Origin: Eledone cirrhosa
Lineage: Eukaryota
Direction of reading: 5' to 3'
Length of the DNA: 64,000 nt
Assembly: GCA_964016885.1 (NCBI GenBank)
Contig: OZ024743.1
Location: 16,430,001-16,494,000 of the forward strand
The notes beneath the pieces are model-generated. The model made no database searches and was not told where the DNA came from. It worked only from the letters and a program-made list of their open reading frames with translations. Each line of letters opens with the position of its first letter. Within the stretch, counting starts at the first letter, position 1. Position numbers and translations under genes: made by a program. Shown here piece by piece: positions 53,790 to 64,000 of this stretch.

Positions 53790-56700
53790 ATTATTATTAT
53801 TATTACAGTTGCATTTATCTTGCTTTATGTTCATACGAGTTATCACCAAGTCACAACCAGTGACCTCAAGAGACAACAAGGTCCGCCATGTTCAAGAAAG
53901 AACATACATATTCACACATGCATCTTTAGTGTTTAGACTTGTGATGTACTTATATTGACAGAATCTTCCTTAGTATATGAGCAGTTCCCATTAGTACTAT
54001 CTTTTGTATTTCTCCTATACGCGGGTTTCCTGGGGTTTGCGATATGTAATCATTAGACCCCTTAGGTATCATTCCCAGAGCGCCTACAACCACTGGTATT
54101 GTTTTAGTTCTCAATTTCCACATTTTTCCAATTTCTATCTCCAGGTCCTTATACTTGCTCAATTTTTCAAATGTTTTTATAGATACATTCTTGTCTATTG
54201 GAACAGACATATCAATTAGCAGGCATACCTTCTTTTGAAAGTCTTTCAATATTATATCAGGTCTGTTTGCATCTATTTTTCGGTCTGTTTTGATGCTAAA
54301 GTTCCACAATATTGAGATGTGATCTTTTTCAAGTATGGGAGGTGGTTGATGCTCCCACCAATTATTTTGATGGGGCAGGTCAAAATGCTTACACATTATC
54401 CAATGTATGTATTGTGCAGCTCTGTCATGCCTGTTTAGGTATTCGGTTGGAGCTATAGGACTGCACATTGAAATTATATGGTCAATGGTCTCTCGTTGTT
54501 TTTTGCATACACGGCATAATGGGCTGCACCCATTTTTTATTATGTTGGCTTGGTAATTTTTTGTTGGCAGACACTGATCTTGTGCCGATATAATCAGTCC
54601 TTCAGTCTCCGATATCAGTCCAGAGGATGCCAACCACTGATGGGTTAAAGTTTTGTCAACATCAGGATTGTTAGCTCGCTCTGGGTATTTTCCATACAGA
54701 GGCTTTTCTTGCCATTTCTTAGACAGTTTCTGTAGCAGTTCTTTCTTTGCAGTTACTTTTACCTACTTCGCTTTTTCTGTGTTTTCCATTTCAGCAGTAA
54801 ATGGGACTTCTGAAATTTGTAGTCCATTACTGTATCTTTGTGCATCTTTTGTAATGGAATATGATCTTTTGATGCTTTCGTGTTTCAAAACGAGTTTGAT
54901 CATCCAATCATGTGATTCCCTTAGATATGTAGATAATCCAATTGTTGCAGTTTTCAACGCAATGTCTAACTGGATTAACCCACGTCCTCCTTCTTTCCTA
55001 GGGATATATATTCCATCTATATCTGCTTTAGGGTGATGCATTCTGTGCATGGTTAAGAATTTTCGAATTTTTGTATCGAGCCTACGGATCTCTGTACTTG
55101 ACCAGTTGATGACATTGTAACTGTAGGTTACTACTGGTATGGCAAGCGTGTTTATGGCATAGATCCTATTCCTTGCATTCAATTCCGTTTTTAAGATTGC
55201 TCTCACTCTGCGGTAACATTCCTTCCTTATCCTTTCCCTCATTGTCGAGTGCTTGATTCCATCTCCTTCACAAACACCTAGATATCTGTAAGTTTTTTCT
55301 TGATCAAGTTCTCTTATCACATTCCCCCGATCAAGATTAATGTCTGAACTCTTCAGCAGCTTTCCTCTGGTGAACGTTGCTTTGGCGCATTTATCTAGTC
55401 CAAACTCCATTTTAATGTCATCACTGAACTGCTTCACAGTGGATAATAGCCCTTGCAATTGTTCATCATTTTTTGCAAATAGTTTCAGGTCATCCATGTA
55501 GAACAGGTGATTAATGGTTTTGTCATAGACTTTATATCCATGATTTGTTTCATTGAGCATTTTACTTACTGGTATAAGTGCGATGCAGTATAAAAGCGGT
55601 GATAAAGAGTCACCCTGAAAAATTCCACACTTAATATTAACTTCTCCAGCTTCCAGTGATTTTGTTTCACTATTCAAAAGGAGTGTCGTTTTCCATGTCT
55701 TCATACTGAATGACAAAAACCTCCTGACAACGGGGGATACTTTGAAAATCTCTAAACATTTTTCAATCCAACTGTGTGGCAAACTATCAAATGCTTTTTT
55801 ATAATCTATCCAAGCAATCGATAGATTTTTGTGTCTATTATGACAATCTTCCAGTATCATTTTGTTAACCAGAAGCTGATCCTTACAGCCATATGAGCCT
55901 CCTTTACACCCTTTCTGCTCAATGGGAAATAGGTCATTTGTTATCAGGTGGTCATATGTGTATTCAGTTAGGACTGATGATAAAAGTTTATACATTGTGG
56001 TCAAGCAAGTTATCGGTCTGTAATTTTTGGGATTGTTTGTCTCATCATTCTTCGGAAGCAGGAATGTAATGCCGTTAACTAGCCATGAAGGTATCTTTTC
56101 TGGCTCCTTAACTATTTCATTGTAAAGGTGGGCTAACAGCTCATGAGACTCTGTGAAGGCATTTATCCAAAAGTTTTGTATTTTGACTTTTCCTGGGGAT
56201 TTCCATTTGCTGGTTTTTCTTAACTGTTATATTTTCCCATGTTTGTTCCTCAAGGTGAGCTGTATCTTTCATTTGTCTGTCTATCCATGGGGCATGTATG
56301 TTATGAACTTTTTCTTCGGCCCAGATCTTTTCCCAGAATTCTTGCACTTCCTCCTAGGGTGGTATTGATTTAGCAGTTATTGTTGACTTACCAATTTTTC
56401 TGTAGAAGTTTGTTTGGTTGTTTTTTGAACATATTATTGTCCTTATAGAATCTAGATCGTTTTTCAAAGCGCCTTATACGAGCAGCTTTGGTCGACACTT
56501 TTTGCTTGATTATTTCTATCAGAATGTCTATGTCACATGTTGATTTTATACCGTACTTTTTTTTCAATTTTCTAAGTTTAGTTTGTTTAACATGTTCACC
56601 TACTTTATAGCTTGTTAAAATTTCTATGTCAGATCGGAGAAGGTTTATTTGGCGATTGATGTTCTCTTGCCAAGTAGATTTCTTGTGGGAATTCCTTTGT

Positions 56701-57727
56701 TTTTTCATCTTCACTCCACATAAGTGAGTGGTGACTTTAGCCGATGCATAATAGAGATGATTTAAATCAGTAATGTTTAGTTTGTTTGTGATGATAATGT
56801 TTTTGTGAATTATGTTAGTCTTGTGTATTATCTTTTGGTTCTGTTTGGAGTTCTGGATCTTAGGGAGGGTGTCTCGTTGCCCCATGTCAGTTTCTTTCAT
56901 TTTCATCCATTCGATCATAATTTCATCCTTCAAGTTGGCAAGTTCATTCTCATTCATTTCTTTATCATTTACGATCTCATTATTTTCATTTGGTGTTTCA
57001 TCCTGAGCATGCACTCCCTCCACTTTTTCGATCCTTTCTTTAATTTTTTCTGTTGCCAGTGATTCCGCCCCAACCCTGAGATTCGAAGTGTTACAGTTTA
57101 CCTCGTTTTCACTGACACATGTTTCATTTTCCCTTCGCTGACTTTGTGCTAATAGCTTGATCTGATCAATTTCTATATCAGTTAGTAACTTTTTTCTTAC
57201 AATATTTCTTCGTATATTGGCTAGTTTGTTACTGTCAATATAGCCACTGTTTTCGGGATGTTTCTTTTTCCAGTTGATATATGTCTGTTCTGTATTCGAT
57301 GTATTTGATGGGTAGTACATGGCAGTGTAGAAAGCCTCAAGGACTTCTTTATTATCTTCCCTTGACCATTTTTCTCTCTTTTTCTTTGGATTTCTTGGTG
57401 GTGAGTATGGAGGGCCAACAGTAGGAGTATTCCGGTTATGGGAGGTCTCCAGCTCCGAAGTGATGGGAAGGTTTGAACCATTAGCTGATTTTTCGACCCC
57501 AGTCTCGTTCCTCTCTGAGGGACGTGGCCGTTTTTTACGCGGGTGACGGCCGATCCGGTATGAGATTTTATCATTAGACATTTACTTTATTTTGTCGCGT
57601 TTTATCCTTATCCCCCAAGGGGTAATCATTTCGTGTTACCACTTCTAGAACGAGTGTCAACCAAGACTAGAGGGGTCGTTCTCCCCTAGAGACACGGCTA
57701 TTCCCCGCCGGCCGCCATCCCGGTATT
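53790..57727 (-). mobile_element. Full-length R4/Dong-type non-LTR retrotransposon (RT, CCHC, restriction-like endonuclease), copy 1, disrupted
   Basis: WIDYKKAFDS, GIFQGDSLSP, HLFYMDD, CRVC..ETIDHIISMC, RHD, RPD..LID..K..KY; 3' end runs into (TAA)n; ORF 57581-53950 broken by shifts and a stop. Confidence 0.93.
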
Positions 57728-57749
57728 TCTTCTTCTTCTTCTTCTTCTT

Positions 57750-57838
<89 letters not shown>

Positions 57839-57857
57839 CATTATTATTATTATTATT
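57727..57857. repeat. (TTC)n(TTA)n spacer between the two R4/Dong copies
   Basis: Directly visible. Confidence 0.97.
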
Positions 57858-60800
57858 ACAGCTGCATTTATCTTGCTTTATGTTCATACGAGTTATCACC
57901 AAGTCACAACCAGTGACCTCATGAGACAACAAGGTCCGCCATGTTCAAGAAAGAACATACATACTCACCCATGCATCTTTAGGTGTTTAGACTTGTGATG
58001 TACTTATATTGACAGAATCTTCCTTAGTATATGGGCAGGTCCCATTAGTACTATCTTTTGTATTTCTCCTAGATCCGGGTTTCCTGGGATTTGCGATAAG
58101 TAATCATTAGACCCCTTAGGTATCATTCGTAGAGCGCCTACAACCATTGGTATTGTTTTAGTTCTCAATTTCCACATTTTTCCAATTTCTATCTCCAGGT
58201 CCTTATACTTGCTCAATTTTACAAATATTTTTATAGATACATTCTTGTCTATTGGGACGGACATATCAATTAGCAGGCATATCCCCTTTTTAAAGTCCTT
58301 CAGTATTATATCAGGTCTATTTGCATCTATTTTTCGGTCTGTTTGGATGCTAAAGTTCCACAAGATTGAGATGTGATCTTTTTCAAGTATGGGAGGTGGT
58401 TGATGCTCCCACCAATTCTTTTGATGGGGCAGGTCAAAATGCTTACACATTATCCAATGTATGTATTGTGCAGCTCTGTCATGCCTGTTTAGGCATTCGG
58501 TTGGGGCTATAGGACTGCACATTGAAATTATATGATGAATGGTCTCTGGTTGTTTTTTGCATACACGGCATAATGGGCTGCATCCATTTTTTATTATGTT
58601 TGGCTTGTTAAATTTTTGTTGGCAGACACTGATCTTGTGCTGATATAATCACTCCTTCAGTCTCCGATTTCAGTCCAGAGGATGCTAACCACTGATGGGT
58701 TAAAGTTTTGCCAACATCAGGATTGTTAGCTCGTTCTGGGTATTTTCCATACAGAGGTATTTCTTGCCATTTCTTAGTCAGTTTCTGTAGTAAGTTCCTT
58801 CTTTGCAGTTACTTTTACCTGCTTTGCTTTTTCTGTGTTTTCCATTTCAGCAGTAAATGGGACTTCTGAAATTTGTAGTCCATTACTGTATCTTTGTGCA
58901 TCTTTTGTAATGGACTATGATCTCTTGATGATTTCGTGTTTCAAAACGAGTTTGATCATCCAATCATGTGATTCCCTTAGATATGTAGATAATCCAATTG
59001 TTGTAGTTTTCAACGCAATGTCTAACTGGATTAACCCACGTCCTCCTTCTTTCCTAGGGAGATATATTATATCTGTATCTGCCTTAGGGTGATTCATTTC
59101 GTGCATGGTTAATAATTTTCGAATTTTTGTATCGAGCCTATGGATCTCTGTGCTTGACCAGTTGATGACATTGTAACTGTAGGTTACTACTGGTATTGCA
59201 AGCGTGTTTATGGCATCGATCCTATGCCTTGCATTCAATTCCGTTCTTAAGATTGCTCTTACTCTGCGGTAACATTCCTTCCTTATCCTTTCCCTCATTG
59301 TTGAGTGCTTGATTCAGTCTCCTTCACAAACACCTAGATATTTGTAAGGTTCCTCTTGATCAAGTTCTCTTATCACATTTTCCCGATCAAGATTAATGTC
59401 TGAACCTTTCACCAGCTTCCCTCTGGTGAACGTTGCTTTGGCGCATTTATCTAGTCCAAACTCCATTTTAATGTCATCAATGAACTGCTCAACAGTGGAC
59501 AATAGCCCTTGCAATTGTTCATCATCTTTTGCATATTGTTTCAGGTCATCCATGTAGAACAAGTGATTAATGGTTTTGTCATAGACTTTATATCCATGTT
59601 TTGTTTCATTGAGCATTTTACTTAATGGTATAAGTGCGATGCAGAATAAAAGTGGTGATAAAGAGTCACCCTGAAATATTCCACAATTAATATTAACTTC
59701 TCCAGCTTCTAGTGATTCCTTTTCACTATTCAAAAGGAGTGTCGTTTTCCATGTCTTCATACTGAATGACAAGAACCACCTGACAACGGGACATATTTTG
59801 AAAATCTCTAAACATTTTTCAATCCAACTGTGTGGAAAACTATCGAATGCTTTTTTTATAATCTATCCAACCAATTGATATATTTTTCTGTCTATTATGA
59901 CAATCTTCTTGTATCATTTTGTTAAACAAAAGCTGATCCTTACAGCCATATGAGCCTCGTTTACACCCTTTCTGCTCAATGGGAAATAGGTCATTTGTTA
60001 TCAGGTGGTCATATGTATATTCAGTTAGGACTGATGTTAACATTTTATACATTGTGGTCAAGCAAGTTATCGGTCAGTAATTTTGGGGATTGTTTGTCTC
60101 ATCATTCTTCGGAAGCAGGAATGTAATGCCGTTAACTAGCCATGATGGTATCTTTTCTGGCTCCTTAACTATTTCATTGTAAAGTTGGGCTAACAGCTAA
60201 TACGACTCTGTGAAGGCATTTATCAACAAATTGTTGTATTTTGTCTTTTCCTGGGGATTTCCATTTGCTGGTTTTTCTAAGAGCCAAACGCAACTGTTCG
60301 ACTGTTATATTTTCCCATATTTGTTCCTCAAGGTGAGCTGTATCTTTCATTTGCCTGTCTATCCATGGGGCATGTATGTTATGAACTTTTTCTTCGGCCC
60401 AGATCTTTTCCCAGAATTCTTGCACTTCCTCCTTGGGTGGTATTGATTTAGCAGTTATTGTTGACTTACCAATTTTTCTATAGAAATTTCTTTGGTTGTT
60501 TTTGAACATATAATTGTCCTTATAGAATCTAGATCGTTTTTCAAAGCGCCTTATGCGAGCAGCTTTGACCCACACTTTTTGCTTGATTATTTCTATCAGC
60601 ATGTCTATGTCACTTGTTGATTTTATACTGTACTTTCTTTTAAATTTTGTAAGTTTAGTTTGTTTAACATGTTCACCTACTTTATAGTTTGTTAAAATTT
60701 CTATGTCAGATCGGAGAAGGTTTATTTGGCGATTGATGTTCTCTTGCCAAGTAGATTTCTTGTGGGAATTCCTTTGTTTTTTCATCTTCACTCCACATAA

Positions 60801-61806
60801 GTGAGTGGTGACTTTAGCCGATGCATAATAGAGATGATTTACATCAGTAATGTTTAGTTTGTTTGTGATGATAATGTTTTTGAGAATTATGTTAGTCTTG
60901 TGTATTATCTTTTGGTTCTGTTTGGAGTTCTGGATCTTAGGGAGGGTGTCTCGTTGCCCCATGTCAGATTCTTTCATTTTCATCCATTCGATCATAATTT
61001 CATCCTTCAAGTTGGCAAGTTCATTCTCATTCATTTCTTTATCATTTACGATCTCATTATTTTCATTTTGAGTTTCATCTTGAGCATGCACTCCCTCCAC
61101 TTTTTCGATCCTTTCTTTAATTTGTTCTGTGGTCAGTGATTCCGCCCCAACCCTGGGAATCGAAGTGTTACAATTTACCTCGTTTTCACTGACACGTGTT
61201 TCATTTTCCCTTCGCTGACTTTGTGCTAATAGCTTGATCTGATCAATTTCTATATCAGTTAGTAACTTTTTTTTTACAATATGTGTTCGTATATTGGCTA
61301 ATTTGTTACTGTCAATATAGCCTCTGGTTTTGGGATGTTTCTTTTTCCAGTTGATATATGTTTGTTCTGTATTCGATGTATTTGATGGGTAGTACATGGC
61401 AGTGTAGAAAGCCTCAAGGACTTCTTTATTATCTTCCCTTGACCATTTTTCTCTTTTTTTCTTTGGATTTCTTGGTGGTGAGCCTGGAGGGCCAACAGTA
61501 GGAGTATTCCGGTTATGGGAGGTCTCCAGCTCCGAAGTGACGGAAAGGTTTGAAACATTAGCTGATTTTTTGACCCCAGTCTGGTTCCTCTCTTAGGGAC
61601 GCGGCCCTTTTTAACCCGGATGACGGCCGATCCGGTATGAGATTTTATCATTTGGCATTTACTGTAATTGGTCGCGTTTTATCCTTATCCGCAAAGGGGT
61701 AATCATTTCGTGTTACCACTTCTAGGACGATTGTCAACCAAGACTAGAGGGTCGTCCTCCCCTAGAGACACGGCTATTCCCCGCCGGCTGCCATCCCGGT
61801 ATTTCT
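57858..61806 (-). mobile_element. R4/Dong-type element, copy 2, full-length, more disrupted
   Basis: Colinear and highly similar to copy 1 including both UTRs; (TAA)n tail. Confidence 0.93.
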
Positions 61807-62780
61807 TGGTCACGGGGTTTTCTTTTTTGTTGTTTTTTTTAAATTGTTATTATCATGAGTAGTTCCTTAATGTGAGCATTGTATGGCTTAATAATGAAAT
61901 TATTAATAATATAATATACTTTTTGCTGAAGTTGCCTGTTATTGTTGTTGGCTATGTCAGTGGTGGTGCTGGGGCTTTTTCTATTGTTGGTGGGGAAGGG
62001 GGAACCAGCAGTGCCATAGCGTTGACATTTGGCCGGTGGCGGGGTCACTAAGTCAATCTATTTATATATTTTGCTAGCCTCTCCCTTGTCTAGTGATATC
62101 GCCATTTTCCCCTCTCTTAAGTTAACAGATGTTAATGGGGGAATAGTGGTGGTAGCAATGAAGGAATGGTGGCGGCGGTGATGGGATAGTGGTAGCAATG
62201 ATGGAAGGAGTGGTGGCGGCGGTGACTATAGTAATGGCGTTGTCGTTACTGAGTTTTGTTGAATAGATTGTAGTTAGTTTGATCTGTGTATCTATACGGT
62301 TTGTCGCGTATGTTTAATATATGTGTTGACATATTTTCTTAATATTGGAATTAAACATTTTGTGAAAACTTGAGACAATAATAATAGTAATTATTATTAT
62401 TATGCTGGGATTGGTGGTGGTGGTGGTGAAATTGCTGTTATCTGGCTGTTGTATTTAATGTACACAGAAGGGTGATGGGATAGGTGGTGTATTTCGTTTG
62501 TGGTGTTGGTGAAATTGCTGTTATTTGGCTGTTCTATATAGTGTAGACAGAGGGGTTTTTTTCTTCCATTTATAACCATTTTCTTTTTTTAATATTTATA
62601 ATACAAAATTGAATATTTGAGCGATATAACAGGATATTATGGATCCGAATTTCCTGAGAGCTGGGTCTGGTGCTTTATGTACCATTTATACTAAGAATTG
62701 TTATTTCACAATTGATTTAAATATGTTAAAAATCAAAAACTTACGGGAGCGATTTCATGACCTTCTATCCACCACGTGCG

Positions 62781-62837
62781 TTTTCTTCTTCTTCTCCTTC
62801 TTCTTCTTCTTCTTCTTCTTCTTCTTTTCTTCTTCTT

Positions 62838-62868
<31 letters not shown>

Positions 62869-62885
62869 TTATTATTATTATTATT
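62781..62885. repeat. (TTC)n(TTA)n microsatellite
   Basis: Directly visible. Confidence 0.95.
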
Positions 62886-63127
62886 GAATGCTATGGTTGA
62901 CGGAGGCTCGGTTCTGTAAGGTATTGTAAATTTTGAACGCTATAACAATTGTAAATTGTTTAAAACTTTAACGAACTTGTAGACAAAAACACCCTCCTCC
63001 TCGTGAGAGGCATCTTTCTGCCCGTTATTTGGCCCTTCGGGGTTAAATAACTGCTTATTGGGGTTTTGTGCCCAATATTTATTTTAAACAAAAAAAACAA
63101 CATGGCTACGAAAAAGAATTTTCATAG

Positions 63128-64000
63128 GTCACTCCCACTTATCCGTCTTCTTCTTCCTCAATCATCACTACAGCAGAGAGAAGATTGTCTCTCTCCCTCC
63201 CTTCTTTAAATGTGTCTCTCTCCCTCCCTTCTCTTTCGCAAGCGACGACAGAAAAGAAAAGTCTCGTGCAAAGCGTGCAAGATTTCTCCACGACGACGAC
63301 GACAACGACGAAACAGGTGTGCGGGATACACGAAAACCTATTTCATTCGTCGGACGTCAGGAATAATAGCAGTAGCAGCCGTAATAACAACAGCAACAGT
63401 GACAATGAAAACAACAGTAGCAGCCGCAACAGCATCACCAGCAGCATAAACAACAACAGCATTAGCAGCAGCAACACCAACAACAACCACAGCAACAGCG
63501 GCGGAGGCAGTAGTCGTAGTACCTGCAGCGACAAAAAAAGTAACAGCAGCTCTGACGACAACAACAACAACAGCAGCAAAGAAAAACCAATCTCGTTTGC
63601 AAGTATCGCGAAGAACCTGGAAACAATCCTCATAACAAATGAGGAATTAGAGGAAGCGAAGAAGATGGTGACAAAGACTGGACACCGAGCAATCTGCAAG
63701 GCAGGGGGAAAATTTTTCGAAACCCAACAGCACTGTACGGTCACGTACCGTACAGTAAGTACAAAATCCCATAGTGTTGAAAGAGCCACAGAGGCTGAAA
63801 TACAAAAAGCCTTGGGGTTTGTGTGGCAGCGGAAAACGCACATCACCCGAGGCAAAAAATATGCCACCGTAGACGTACTTTTTGCCACACCCCAGGAGGC
63901 AAAGGCTCAATCCATAGTGACCCTAAGGAGCGAGGAAATGGTGTTGGTGCCCTCCTACTGCGGGCAAAAAATTGTGAGGGTCAAACTGACCCACGTCCCC
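63128..64000 (+). CDS. Open frame running off the window; probable non-LTR (L1/Tx1-like) ORF1 with N/S-rich N-terminus
   Basis: Manual translation shows no stop from 63128: ..KEKPISFASIAKN..YATVDVLFATPQEAK..PSYCGQKIVRVKLTHVP; SFA..A and RRM-like segments as in LINE ORF1; ATG at 63102 is out of frame. Confidence 0.55.

Noticed and set aside
61860-62760. GT-rich region with short direct repeats and small ORFs
   Set aside because: No identifiable motif; cannot assign.

Overview
AT-rich, microsatellite-dense eukaryotic (metazoan) DNA with no host gene I can support. The dispersed tRNA-derived SINE (…ttgcctttcatccttacggggtcgataaaataaagtaccag…) resembles octopus SINEs, so a cephalopod origin is a reasonable inference. 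The window is dominated by retroelements: five Penelope-like element (PLE) copies (four Nematis-type, of which one has a long uninterrupted RT+GIY-YIG ORF and one retains only the GIY-YIG tail; one Neptune-type), a small further PLE RT fragment, two tandem full-length R4/Dong-type RLE elements with (TAA)n tails, L1/Tx1-like pieces at both window edges, an RTE fossil and SINEs. The main hidden signal is non-coding: about nine unrelated sequence families carry type I hammerhead ribozyme (HHR) folds read by eye. Two of them form ORF-less tandem arrays (~466-bp and 317-bp units, one HHR per unit) flanked by (TA)n and carrying PLE-style inverted segments, i.e. candidate retrozyme-like self-cleaving RNAs mobilised by neighbouring PLEs. 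A young 466-bp array is nested in the internal (TA)n of an older array of the same family. All RNA folds are manual pairings; boundaries are approximate.
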